Origin: a virus
Taxonomy: Duplodnaviria > Caudoviricetes
DNA length: 64,000 nt
IMG/VR virus record: IMGVR_UViG_3300011337_000669
Direction: 5' to 3' (one strand)
Position numbers and translations under genes: made by a program. Positions 11,055 to 20,953 of this stretch are shown here, piece by piece (position 1 is the stretch's first letter; the number at the start of each line of letters is the position of its first letter). Under the pieces are notes generated by a model. It worked only from the letters and a program-made list of their open reading frames with translations, was not told where the DNA came from and searched no databases.

Positions 11055-12854
11055 TTATGCATCCTTTTTGGATATCTCCTTTATAATATTTTCGAATTCT
11101 TGACTTGCAAATTTATCTTTTAATATCATTGACAATTCATCTTTTTGTTGGATACTAAGTCCGATAGGAAAATTATCAAAGTTTACATTAACATCTATTT
11201 CTCCATCTAAGTTAAGATTTGTAGGATTCCCTTGGTTTTGTGGTTGTGTTGTTCCTAATGGACTTGAACTATTTGGGACAATTGGAATTGTTTGGTATTT
11301 TGTAGTTCCCTGTTCTGTAGTTGAAGCTTCGGTTTTGAACATATTTCGAGATAAATTTCTGAGAGTTTCATCTAAATTAGGAATCTCTCCACCACTTTCC
11401 CTCAATTTTTCTTTAATACTTTCTGAAGCTTTATTAATCAGTCCTTTAGTTGATTCCGTAAGATCTCCAAATTTACTCATAGCAATAGCTCCAATACTAT
11501 CCGCTATTTCTTCTGGATTTATGTCTCCCTTCGCAATTTTACCCTTGAGTTCATCAATAGCACCCGCCATTTGGTTAGTCAATGTTTCAGATTTTTCCCT
11601 AACATCTTTTGTTGTGACTTTTTCTCCAGCTCCTCTCAAAAACGCATCTGATGCCGTTCGTGCTTGTTCTGTCAATTGTTGAATATTTTTATCTGTCAAA
11701 AGTCCACCAGTAAGAGCATATTTGATTGCGGCAACATCATTTTTTACTATTTCATCAATACCCAATTGAGCTCTAGCATAATCTTCAAGTGTTTTAGGCC
11801 CATTTTTTTGAGCTTCTATTAATTTGTTGAATTCATCTTGTTGTAAGTCTGCTAATTGTTGTGGTCTCCCGTCCTCCAATGTAACTGTGTAAACTCCATC
11901 CTTTAACTTAAGAATGTTTGCTAAATATTGTTTGTCTTCTTCGGTTGCAATTTTAAGACCCGCAGCATCAACTGCTGAAAGTCTTTGGTCCAATTCAGCC
12001 GCCGAAACCCCCAACTTTGCCATTTCAGCTGCCGAGATTCCTGTGGTTTCAGCCAATTCTCTGAATCTTAAGATTCCATCTTGACTTACTTTGAAAGATT
12101 TTGTTTTATCGTCAAAATAAGTAAACTGTTTAGAAATTTCAATCAAACTATCTTGTATTCCTGATGGGTCATTTAGTGATTGACTCAGCAGTTGAAGTGG
12201 GTCTCCAAGTGAACCTACCGCCAATCCTAGTCTTTGAAATGAAGAGGCAGCTTCAATTGCTGCTTCTGGTGATAAAAGTTTATCCGCAAATGCAAAGGTT
12301 TTACCCATGTCAAATCTTAACATGGAAGCTTGTGCCGCCATCTTTGTTAAACCCAAAACACCATTATCAAACTGAAAACGATTCATTTGGTCCATGTTTT
12401 TCGACACATCTTGCATGACTTGTCTAGCATTCCCTCCAATACTCTGAACGTATTCGACAGATTCTTCAAGTGTTTCAGAAATGTGTTCCAAACCCATACC
12501 AACGTTCAAAAAACCATCAGTCAGATCTTTAGCACTGACACCTAAAACTTTAGAGGCGGCATATAACTTTTCAACATCTTCTTGATTTGCAATAACATTT
12601 CGTCTTGAGGCTTGTGCTACTTCATCGATTACTTTAGCGGTTGACCCGATATCTCCACCAAGTCTTCTAATATTTGGCAACGCATCCATAATAGACCGTT
12701 GGAACTCAAATACACGTTCTCTTCCTTGTGTGAACGTACCAATAATTTGATTACTATACTGGTCTAAAAGTTGTCTTGACTTATTAATGTCAAAACTTGC
12801 TAACGGGTCTAATTTTTCAGATTGTCCTCCAGGTGTTGCGTCTTGAAAAAACAT
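11055..12854 (-). CDS. Tape measure-like protein
   Basis: 599 aa, Ala/Gln/Leu-rich and apparently helical; lies directly downstream of the tail chaperone and upstream of the baseplate genes. Confidence 0.7.
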   Translation of the reverse strand: MFFQDATPGGQSEKLDPLASFDINKSRQLLDQYSNQIIGTFTQGRERVFEFQRSIMDALPNIRRLGGDIGSTAKVIDEVAQASRRNVIANQEDVEKLYAASKVLGVSAKDLTDGFLNVGMGLEHISETLEESVEYVQSIGGNARQVMQDVSKNMDQMNRFQFDNGVLGLTKMAAQASMLRFDMGKTFAFADKLLSPEAAIEAASSFQRLGLAVGSLGDPLQLLSQSLNDPSGIQDSLIEISKQFTYFDDKTKSFKVSQDGILRFRELAETTGISAAEMAKLGVSAAELDQRLSAVDAAGLKIATEEDKQYLANILKLKDGVYTVTLEDGRPQQLADLQQDEFNKLIEAQKNGPKTLEDYARAQLGIDEIVKNDVAAIKYALTGGLLTDKNIQQLTEQARTASDAFLRGAGEKVTTKDVREKSETLTNQMAGAIDELKGKIAKGDINPEEIADSIGAIAMSKFGDLTESTKGLINKASESIKEKLRESGGEIPNLDETLRNLSRNMFKTEASTTEQGTTKYQTIPIVPNSSSPLGTTQPQNQGNPTNLNLDGEIDVNVNFDNFPIGLSIQQKDELSMILKDKFASQEFENIIKEISKKDA

Positions 12855-12881
12855 AGTTGATTGTTATATATATAAATATAA

Positions 12882-12903
12882 AAGGACTGATTTTTCAGTC
12901 CTT
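12882..12903 (-). terminator. Intrinsic terminator
   Basis: AAGGACTGA-AAAA-TCAGTCCTT 9-bp stem followed by TTATATTT on the minus strand. Confidence 0.7.
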
Positions 12904-13074
12904 CTTATTATTTTCAACCCATTTATCCAAAAGATACTTCCTAACAAATATTGGCATAATTAAAAAATCCGAATATGATATGTTCAAAAGTGTTTTGAGA
13001 TAATAAAGTTCATCGATTTGACCTTTTCTATAATCAGAAGAAAGGGCGAAAAAAGTCAACCCCAAATCCAACAT
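12895..13074 (-). CDS. Tail assembly chaperone C-terminal part (GT / gp51-like), 59 codons in the +1 frame overlapping the chaperone 3' end
   Basis: Translates MLDLGLTFFALSSDYRKGQIDELYYLKTLLNISYSDFLIMPIFVRKYLLDKWVENNKKD; below the ORF-track length cutoff. Confidence 0.75.
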   Translation of the reverse strand: MLDLGLTFFALSSDYRKGQIDELYYLKTLLNISYSDFLIMPIFVRKYLLDKWVENNKKD

Positions 13075-13777
13075 TGACTGTTAGCTTCTCTCCTGATGGG
13101 GCCATTACTGTTCTCGTTAAATCTAATCTCGGTTCATTATCATCCATGAACTTTCTAATATATTTGGAATCTGCTATAGGCATCTGGTCAATAAATTTTG
13201 AAATTTCAGACCTATCAGTCACTCCATTAATTTCTATAATCTGTTTATTCAATCTCCAAGTTACTCTTGGAGCGGTTCTACCTTGTGGATACGACTCTGA
13301 CATTTTTTGAACTTCCAAAATTTCACCGTAAGTCATTGGTTTTAATTTTACTGTTGTTTGAGACTTTGGTAACTGAGTTATAAATGTACCATCGTCATTA
13401 GGTTGAACACCCTTAATAATATCTAATTCGTCCAATCTAACAGTTGATTTGAATGATTTTTTCGTAATCGGGTCGATTAAATTTAATTCCATTTCAGGAC
13501 CAAATGCTGTATTCCTTAAGAATATTAATATTGCCTCAATATCTCCTTCTAACATATCCTCAATACGAACATCTGGTTCATAAATTTTAGATCTCAATAA
13601 AATTTGAGTCATGTCATTACCACCAGCCATGAGAATGTTTTCATCATTTGCTGTAAGATATCCTACTTTAATAGACTTCTTTTTATTTTTGTAGAAGAGA
13701 CCTTGTGTCGGTAAAGGCACAACGTCGTGAGGTAACGAAAAATTCGATTGTCCGTGTTCTCTTGCTTGATTATCCAT
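13034..13777 (-). CDS. Tail assembly chaperone / T4 gp26-like baseplate hub protein
   Basis: VPLPTQGLFY...IKVGYLTANDENIL...EGDIEAILIFLRNTAFG; ends VGFGVDFFRPFF; located between tube and tape measure. Confidence 0.75.
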   Translation of the reverse strand: MDNQAREHGQSNFSLPHDVVPLPTQGLFYKNKKKSIKVGYLTANDENILMAGGNDMTQILLRSKIYEPDVRIEDMLEGDIEAILIFLRNTAFGPEMELNLIDPITKKSFKSTVRLDELDIIKGVQPNDDGTFITQLPKSQTTVKLKPMTYGEILEVQKMSESYPQGRTAPRVTWRLNKQIIEINGVTDRSEISKFIDQMPIADSKYIRKFMDDNEPRLDLTRTVMAPSGEKLTVNVGFGVDFFRPFF

Positions 13778-13783
13778 ATAAAA

Positions 13784-13818
13784 ATTTAACCGTAAAGTTT
13801 AGTTCTTTACGGTTAAAT
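13784..13818 (-). terminator. Perfect 14-bp hairpin (terminator/attenuator) just upstream of the chaperone gene
   Basis: ATTTAACCGTAAAG-N7-CTTTACGGTTAAAT followed by a T run on the minus strand. Confidence 0.7.
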
Positions 13819-13836
13819 ATAATTCTAATTAATTTT

Positions 13837-14745
13837 TTATAAAGACAATTTTTTTCTTAACTCTGAAATAACCCATTCTGGTCTTTCATTAATGTCTTTT
13901 TCCCAATAACGAATTAAAGTAATATTATGGTTTTCACACCAAGTATTTTTTCTTTTGTCATTTGATAAATTTTTTTTCTGTATATCGTATTCCGCAGTTA
14001 AGTATTTACTATTAGGGTTACAATGATAAAAATCCCCATCAACCTCTATTATTATTTTATTATTGGGAATGTAAAAATCAAAAAAAGTTTTTATATTAGA
14101 AACTAAATGATTATGAATATAATCAATATCTTTAATATACCCAATCTCATCTAGTATTTTCATAAACTTATCCTCTAATTTGGAGGTTTTCACTATTGAA
14201 TTTTTTCTCATCCACTCCAACTTATATTGAGACTGATTAATCCTCAACTGTGGATTATCTTCGTAACGTTTTTTTTGTGAAATAGATAACTTTCGTTTAG
14301 ATTCTTCTGTTTTTGGAACACCTTTTAATTTTTCAGATATTCGTTTCCCTCTTTCTTTATTGTTTCGTAATTTTTCTTTAATACCTTCTATTTTGGATAA
14401 AGTTTCTTCAGATTTAATTTCCCACCATCCTTTATACTTTCCCTCTTTCCAATTTTTCTTTTGGGTTTGGAGAGCCTTTTTATGGGTTTCAGGATTTTTA
14501 TGGTAATTATTTTTACCTAAAACCCTATTATGGTGTGATTTAATAAATCTTGAGAATCCTTTCCCTATTGAAATAAAGGGGGGTATACCTCCACAACCAC
14601 ATTCACACTTCGGTTCTACACCTTTCAAAGCATATTCGATATAAATCTTATCACCACTTATATTGTGTTTTTGTACAGAATGACTTCTTAATGAATTAAG
14701 ACTGTCACATTTTTTTTGGCATATATTACAAACAAAAATTCCCAT
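13837..14745 (-). mobile_element. Free-standing homing endonuclease: C2H2 finger + NUMOD3 + DUF559/Vsr-like nuclease domain
   Basis: CNICQKKC...HSVQKH, CECGCG, KTEESKRKLSISQK, FDFYIPNNKIIIEVDGDFYH...NDKRKN...LIRYWE. The ATG at 14745 is preferred over the TTG at 14775. Confidence 0.8.
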
Positions 14746-14767
14746 ATAAATAAATATATGGGAATTT
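14736..14767 (-). promoter_or_regulatory. 13-bp hairpin sequestering the endonuclease start codon, with the TATTTAT motif spanning the loop
   Basis: Minus strand AAATTCCCATATA-TTTATT-TATATGGGAATTT; the ATG lies in the 3' arm. Confidence 0.7.
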
Positions 14768-14806
14768 AACAACATTGTAAATGGTTAGATATATTTTAGT
14801 AGTAAA

Positions 14807-15295
14807 CTAGTAAACCAACACACAACGATCCATACGAAGTGTAGCGTTGATTGTTGCCAATCCATCCTGTGCGTAACTCAAAGAGTTGAAGTTAACGTCA
14901 GTCAAGAATGTTCCATAAAGAATCCATTTTTCTACAACAACACCAGTTGGGTCCAGCATTTCAAGGTCAATATCTTTTTTGTAACCCGCAGCATAACCCA
15001 TACGACCTGTCACAGATTCTGCATGTAAACGTACCCATTCCATAAGAGCTTGTGCCGCAGAAGGTCCAATTGGATCTCTAAACACCGCTGGAATTGTTTG
15101 CCAAGTGAACTTACCAGCAACATAAGTTTCAGTATTCAAGAAAGGAATTGGAACGGAGTTTATAATAATATGTGGTCTTGCAGAAGATTCAACAAACCAT
15201 TCATTTATACCAAGAGATGATGGAAACCTTAGGATAAAACGATTCTGTCGTTTTGGTTCGTAAGGAATCGGCATTTTCATTAACAAATCAGCCAT
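14807..15295 (-). CDS. Tail tube protein (T4 gp19-like)
   Basis: YEPKRQNRFILRF...WQTIPAVFRDPIGPSAAQALMEW...YKKDIDLEMLDPTGVVVEKWILYGTF. Confidence 0.9.
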   Translation of the reverse strand: MADLLMKMPIPYEPKRQNRFILRFPSSLGINEWFVESSARPHIIINSVPIPFLNTETYVAGKFTWQTIPAVFRDPIGPSAAQALMEWVRLHAESVTGRMGYAAGYKKDIDLEMLDPTGVVVEKWILYGTFLTDVNFNSLSYAQDGLATINATLRMDRCVLVY

Positions 15296-15388
15296 GTGTT
15301 TTTAATTTTTTTGTTTTTGTTATTTTATTGATAAATATATCCTTTCACAAAAATTTTTCTATTTACTTTTTTTTTGAAAATGATATTC

Positions 15389-16219
15389 TTATTTAACTTC
15401 CTGCTTAAATCCTCCAGCAGTAGAATAAGTCTTTACTATATTATCTGGTTTATTTTTGAAGTGCTTTTGCATTACTTCTATATTTTTTGGATCATCGTCA
15501 CTAAATCCTATTGATAAGTTTTCTGGATTAAATTTATTACTAATATCCTTTTTTAAGAATGCCTTTTTATTAAGTATTGCTGCCATAGCTTTTATGTAAT
15601 TTACAAAAGCCTCCATAGCCTCTACTTTAGCTTCTTCAGGATTGACAGCACCTTTGTCATCACCAAAAGAAACTGGATGGTACTTATTAAGTTCTAAATA
15701 TGACTTAATTAATTCTTCATCCGTCATTTCATCTTCACCTACAAAAGACCTATATTTTTTAAGATTTTTAATTAATTCGTCTTTATCTATCCCGTTGAAC
15801 CCTTCTATAATATAGTTATAAATTGCTTCTTTTATAGTGTTTGGGTTATGTCCCCTCGCAGTAATTATCGCAAATATCGAACCATTATTAATTGCTTCCT
15901 TAAAATCATCGAATGCCGGACCTTTTTTTGCTCTCATAGCATCCACCAAAAAATCTTTATCCCCATCGGTTCTAAAGTTTCTGAATGGTGAGTCACTATA
16001 ACCCACAATTGTATTACCTTTATAATTAAATGGTTCTTTTCCTATCTGATGTCTAAACTCCGCAAAATCATCAGTGGACATTCCAACTTCATTACCACTC
16101 TCATCTTTAACTAAAATTTTAGTTGGCATATGGACTATATTATCGTCCCAATCGAACGCATAATATTTTAAGTCTGGAGTACCCTCACTTTTGAATCCTT
16201 CTGTAAACTCTCTTTTCAT
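15389..16219 (-). CDS. HAD-superfamily phosphatase-like protein
   Basis: Motif I FDWDDNI, motif II ITARGH, motif IV GFSDDD. Confidence 0.65.
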   Translation of the reverse strand: MKREFTEGFKSEGTPDLKYYAFDWDDNIVHMPTKILVKDESGNEVGMSTDDFAEFRHQIGKEPFNYKGNTIVGYSDSPFRNFRTDGDKDFLVDAMRAKKGPAFDDFKEAINNGSIFAIITARGHNPNTIKEAIYNYIIEGFNGIDKDELIKNLKKYRSFVGEDEMTDEELIKSYLELNKYHPVSFGDDKGAVNPEEAKVEAMEAFVNYIKAMAAILNKKAFLKKDISNKFNPENLSIGFSDDDPKNIEVMQKHFKNKPDNIVKTYSTAGGFKQEVK

Positions 16220-16228
16220 TTGGCTAAA

Positions 16229-16247
16229 GGGGGGATATTATCCCCCC
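16229..16247 (-). terminator. Intrinsic terminator after the sheath gene
   Basis: GGGGGGAT-AAT-ATCCCCCC followed by TTT on the minus strand. Confidence 0.7.
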
Positions 16248-16258
16248 ATAAATTGTTA

Positions 16259-19200
16259 TTAGATATTTTCGAACGAAGCTCCTGTTGGAGTGATAAAGAA
16301 TTCGATATCGATGAATTCTAATGCCTTCGTTGGTTTTAAGTATATCTTACCTGTTAATGTATTTCTATCTAAGTCTTCAGGTGTTGAAGAAACTGTTACT
16401 CTGAAGTCATAAAGACCTCTGTCTCTTCTGATTGAATCTAAGATAGGGTTAACACTATCTAAGAATTGTTGTCTAACGATTTGGTCGTTTTGTTCGAACA
16501 ATAATCTTACAGCTACTGCTGAAATTAACTTTCTTGCTTGAAGTAACAATCTTCTTACGTTCAATCTGTTAAGTGCGGTATCAGCAACTTGTAAAGTTTT
16601 GTTACCCCAAATTACAGTTCCTACATCAGAGAAAGTTGCGATAGGGTTAATTCTACCTTGATACAATGTATCTCTATCTTCCTGAGTCAGTTTAACTCTT
16701 GCCTTGATTGAGTTCACAAGACCTCTTGTGTAACCCGCTGATGCGAACCAAGGGAATGCAATGTTATCTGTCAATGCTAAGTTTCTACAAACTTCACCTG
16801 TCGCAGGTAAGTAAATTTGTGTATTATTAACAGTATCTCTTGTAAGAATCCAAGGATAGTAAGTTGCAGTGTAGTTAGAATCAATTCCTGTGTTATCCAA
16901 GTTATCAACTGCTTCTTGAGAATAAATGATATCTTGAGGATTAGTAGCATCAGGAGTATACATGTTGTAATCAGGAGTAGTTGCAATGTAAACTGAATCT
17001 GCTCTTGAGAATTGTACCATGTCGATAGCTTCTTCTACAAGGTTAGAGTTGTTTACATAATCAATACTTGATGTTGCGAATACGTTGATGTTAGTTGATT
17101 CAGGATTTGCGAATGTCAAGATACCAAGTAAGTAAGCATAGTAGTCGGTGTTTGCAAAATCTTGAGTATTGTTTTGAACTACAATTCTTTTGAATAGACC
17201 ATCACCAGTTGCATTTGGATATCTTGTTGAAGCGGATGCTCCTGCCAAGTAACCTGCAGCTCCTAATTGGAATCTATCTTGATTAGTTCTAAACTCTCTA
17301 TAGATATCCCATCCATCAAATCCACCCGCAAAACATACTGTATATTTTCTTGAGTAAATAAAGTAGTAAGGGTTTTCTTGAGTTTCAGGATCAGTTGTGA
17401 AGTTTGCTACACCACATTCAAAAGCAGTTTGACCACTAGTTAAAAACGAATTAGCAATTGTTACAACAGTAGCACCTGAATCCATATGGAAACCTTTACT
17501 TAAGTAATTCCAAGATGAACCATCAACAGGTACTGGAGACGCAATCCAGTTCAATGGATTTTGTGTTCCTTTATATTGTAAGAATGAATCATCAACCCCA
17601 AATTGACTTGAGAAACCTAAATAACTTCTTCTCACAATGTCACCTGAAGATTCAACAACGTCAGTCGGTGCTCCGAAAGGAGGATTATAAATTACTTCAC
17701 CAGGGAAATAATATTTTGTTTTGAAAATTGGAACTGGTGAAGGGTTCGTTACTGATGAGTATTCTCTTTGAGTATACCCGTAGAAACCACAAGGAATTGC
17801 ATCAATTGGTGCTTCATCCGCCAATTCAATCATTATATATCGTGAAATCAAAGCGTATTCACCATCAGTAGAACCTATTTTCTTAGCAACAAAGTTGTTA
17901 GAAGATGGGTCCATGTTACAGTTAGTAAATTTCTCAATAACAACTGGATTTGCATCGGTGTCGAAGAAATTTCTTACCAATACGTCAAACGTCATATTAT
18001 TAAAAGATAAATTAGCAATTGAAACTTTCACCTCAGTGTTTGCTGCGTTACCGTCAGAAATTGAAACAAATTTGAATAAGTTATAAACTTTATTACCTCT
18101 TAATTCAGAAACTAAGAATGGTGTACTTGGTGCTTTATATTGTGTTACGTTATAAGCGATTGATGTTGGGTCTTGACTTCTTGCGTCTGGTAGATTAATT
18201 AAATTACAACTTAAACCACGAATATATCCTTGGTTATAAGCGTAATTCAAAGTATTAGGGTAAATCTCTTCAACATAAACAGGAACCTCGTTTCTTGATT
18301 TACCGAAGTTATCAACACCAAGAACTTTAGTGATGAACTTAGAAGACGATGCCGCCATTGAAGTCTCAAAAGAGAAATTGTCTCCGTCTTTTGTTACACC
18401 TGAAATTAAGAATGATTCAAAAGGAGATTGAGTAACACCCGAGTATTGTCCACTACAATTCAAAATTAAATCTGATAATGTGTTAACTTCATAAATCGGC
18501 CCGTGGTTGTCACTTGTAGAACTATTAGTGTATAAAGATATACCTCTTGAACGTAAAGTCGCAACAACCATGTTGTTGTATTCTGAATACGCAGTTCCTG
18601 AGTAATTGTAAACACTTCCAGATATTGTACCTGAGAATGTTGAAGATGCTCCCGAAGTTAATGAAGAAACGTAATAGAAGAATGAATATCCGGAATATGC
18701 GTTACCTGATGTAATATCAAAGTTAGCATAATACCATGGGTCATTCGCGTCAGATGATAAGTCGTTAGTCGCAAGATTAACTGTATCACATCCATATTCA
18801 TTTATTACGTTTGAATAAGTTGCTGTCAAGTCATAAAAGTCAGATTCAGGCATCGCTCCATAAACAACCGCAGTATTAGCGGATAAAGAAGGAGTATCCA
18901 TGATATTGTCAAGGTTACTTGTGAAATCTAATCCTAAAGTTGATGTACTACCATCAGACAATCTATATTGAGTGTTAAAGTTTGCAAGAACTTGCGGAGG
19001 TAATGCCCCACCTGTAAATGTTACAGTATTTCCTGAAGATGAACCTGAGAAATTTGCCGTCCATGTAGTTCCAGTCGCAGGATTAAGACCGATAGTTAAC
19101 GGGTCAACGTTTGCGGTTACTTTAATACTCCAAGAAGGTCCGGCATCATAACCTGATAGACCTAATACTCTTGTTACAAAAAGTTGATTAGATTGTTGTA

Positions 19201-19459
19201 AATATGATTTTGCAATATATGCCGCCTCATATTTCGGAATTTGTGTGTTTATAAATTTTGTAGGTTCAGTCCCCCCAAAATATGCTTGAAACTCATCGTA
19301 GTTTGTGATAAAAATTGGTTCGAATGCGGGACCTTTAATTGTTTCTCCCACTAAACCTAATGTAGTTACACCTACACTTTGAGCTACAAATGATAAGTCA
19401 GTTTCAGACGTATATACTCCAGGCGATACGTATACCTTTTGATTTACTTGTGTTGCCAT
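16259..19459 (-). CDS. Contractile tail sheath protein (T4 gp18-like)
   Basis: VSPGVYTSETDLS N-terminus; FPWFASAGYTRG, RDTLYQGRINPI, IWGNKTL, LNVRRLL, LFEQND, PTKALEFIDIEF C-terminal motifs. Confidence 0.95.
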   Translation of the reverse strand: MATQVNQKVYVSPGVYTSETDLSFVAQSVGVTTLGLVGETIKGPAFEPIFITNYDEFQAYFGGTEPTKFINTQIPKYEAAYIAKSYLQQSNQLFVTRVLGLSGYDAGPSWSIKVTANVDPLTIGLNPATGTTWTANFSGSSSGNTVTFTGGALPPQVLANFNTQYRLSDGSTSTLGLDFTSNLDNIMDTPSLSANTAVVYGAMPESDFYDLTATYSNVINEYGCDTVNLATNDLSSDANDPWYYANFDITSGNAYSGYSFFYYVSSLTSGASSTFSGTISGSVYNYSGTAYSEYNNMVVATLRSRGISLYTNSSTSDNHGPIYEVNTLSDLILNCSGQYSGVTQSPFESFLISGVTKDGDNFSFETSMAASSSKFITKVLGVDNFGKSRNEVPVYVEEIYPNTLNYAYNQGYIRGLSCNLINLPDARSQDPTSIAYNVTQYKAPSTPFLVSELRGNKVYNLFKFVSISDGNAANTEVKVSIANLSFNNMTFDVLVRNFFDTDANPVVIEKFTNCNMDPSSNNFVAKKIGSTDGEYALISRYIMIELADEAPIDAIPCGFYGYTQREYSSVTNPSPVPIFKTKYYFPGEVIYNPPFGAPTDVVESSGDIVRRSYLGFSSQFGVDDSFLQYKGTQNPLNWIASPVPVDGSSWNYLSKGFHMDSGATVVTIANSFLTSGQTAFECGVANFTTDPETQENPYYFIYSRKYTVCFAGGFDGWDIYREFRTNQDRFQLGAAGYLAGASASTRYPNATGDGLFKRIVVQNNTQDFANTDYYAYLLGILTFANPESTNINVFATSSIDYVNNSNLVEEAIDMVQFSRADSVYIATTPDYNMYTPDATNPQDIIYSQEAVDNLDNTGIDSNYTATYYPWILTRDTVNNTQIYLPATGEVCRNLALTDNIAFPWFASAGYTRGLVNSIKARVKLTQEDRDTLYQGRINPIATFSDVGTVIWGNKTLQVADTALNRLNVRRLLLQARKLISAVAVRLLFEQNDQIVRQQFLDSVNPILDSIRRDRGLYDFRVTVSSTPEDLDRNTLTGKIYLKPTKALEFIDIEFFITPTGASFENI

Positions 19460-19579
19460 GCTTTAATTATTCTATTGCAGATTTATTTTAATGATAAATA
19501 TTCATATCTATGTGAAAAAACTTGACTTTTGAATATCTATTTGTAAGGAGTATGAATTTATTCTACCTTTTTTCTACCT

Positions 19580-19741
19580 ATGAAAACAATTAAAGAAATA
19601 AAGAATATAAAAATATCCCCAGAATCACACGAGATATTAAAAAAGTACTGTGAAAAGCGTGGGATAAAAATTTATAAGTTTTTGGAAAATCTTATAGTGG
19701 AGAAGTGTAAAGAAAAGAAAGATATCTATGGAGAGGATTAA
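19580..19741 (+). CDS. Small ribbon-helix-helix DNA-binding protein (53 aa)
   Basis: MKTIKEIKNIKISPESHEILKKYCEKRGIKIYKFLENLIVEKCKEKKDIYGED; below the ORF-track cutoff; divergent from the sheath gene. Confidence 0.7.
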   Translation: MKTIKEIKNIKISPESHEILKKYCEKRGIKIYKFLENLIVEKCKEKKDIYGED

Positions 19742-20778
19742 ACCAACTGAGATTCAAACTTAATGGTGGACTCTAAGTCATTGTCTGTCTTCACAACATC
19801 TATCCTCAAAATATCATTTGTTGTTATTTGAATTTCAGAAACGTCAGTTCCAAAATAATCTCCATTAATGTAGACATCAAAACTATCTACGTTGGTCGAC
19901 CCTAATAAAGAAAGGTTCGCAGTGAAATCAATAATCTCACTTAAAGTATCATTTCCAACTCTGTATAAAAAGTTGGATAAAAATTCATCGGGATTTTCAG
20001 GAAACTTTGGTCTCCTTCTTTTTAATACGGTGGTATCCAACTCCATAATTTGGGCAACTCTGGCAATCGCAGGTTTAACTTCGAACTCCTCCTCATCAAT
20101 CAAATAACCTAACATTGTAAAATCATAATTTTGAACAAAGTATTTTCTCGATTCAAATCCAAGTTGAGATTCATCCGAAATGTTATTTAATACAATAGGA
20201 ACATATTGTCCTTTAATAAAAGTATATGCTTGTCTTGAAGAAAACTTTTGCATAATAATCTTATTAAGTTGGTTCAACTCCCTCATTCTATTACAAACAA
20301 TTTTGACACTATAATTAATATCTACCGGAACAGGTTGGGGTATTGTATAGATATCCATTCCTTGTACGTTCCCATTCCAAGTTGGAACTGAAGCGTAATA
20401 AAATTGTTTTCTATTTGGTATTGTATATTGTAAGGAGGGATTTGTACCGAATTTAACTTCAGGTTGTCTAACCACAGTTATGAATGGAGGTTCAGGGTTG
20501 AAGTCGAGATTGGTAAATAATGCCGTCTCTACATACTGAGTCCAATTTTGTGTAGTAATAATGATATCAAGCATAGGAATAATTTTCCCAGCAGTTATTA
20601 CTTGAAGGTCTTCTTTAACAAAATCCAGCATACCCCTATCCAAATCAGCATGTAATACTGACTTAGGTAAGTAAGTTCCATCTTTGTTTATAAACTCAAG
20701 AAGTTGTTCTCTTCTGGCGTACAAAGTTTTCTTCGGAACTAAAGGTAATGTAGGTTTAACTTGTTTTGGTAAAGGCAT
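19738..20778 (-). CDS. Tail terminator / sheath stabilizer (T4 gp15-like)
   Basis: DIYTIPQPVPVDINYSVKIVCNRMRELNQLNKII...LGYLIDEEEFEVKPAI; position next to the sheath gene. Confidence 0.65.
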   Translation of the reverse strand: MPLPKQVKPTLPLVPKKTLYARREQLLEFINKDGTYLPKSVLHADLDRGMLDFVKEDLQVITAGKIIPMLDIIITTQNWTQYVETALFTNLDFNPEPPFITVVRQPEVKFGTNPSLQYTIPNRKQFYYASVPTWNGNVQGMDIYTIPQPVPVDINYSVKIVCNRMRELNQLNKIIMQKFSSRQAYTFIKGQYVPIVLNNISDESQLGFESRKYFVQNYDFTMLGYLIDEEEFEVKPAIARVAQIMELDTTVLKRRRPKFPENPDEFLSNFLYRVGNDTLSEIIDFTANLSLLGSTNVDSFDVYINGDYFGTDVSEIQITTNDILRIDVVKTDNDLESTIKFESQLV

Positions 20779-20779
20779 T

Positions 20780-20953
20780 TTATTTATTGTCTAAATCTTC
20801 AGAGTTATCATGTCCACATTTGTGACAAGTGTACGGGTCATCCCCCCCATCAGATAATTCCCATGACCAACCACAATTATCACAGATAACCTCACCATTG
20901 GTGATTACTTCCATAATTTTATTTAATTGTGATTCTGTTATAATGTAATTCAT
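20780..20953 (-). CDS. Small zinc-ribbon protein (57 aa) with N-terminal ITESQL motif
   Basis: MNYIITESQLNKIMEVITNGEVICDNCGWSWELSDGGDDPYTCHKCGHDNSEDLDNK; TAATG coupling to the upstream gene. Confidence 0.7.
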   Translation of the reverse strand: MNYIITESQLNKIMEVITNGEVICDNCGWSWELSDGGDDPYTCHKCGHDNSEDLDNK

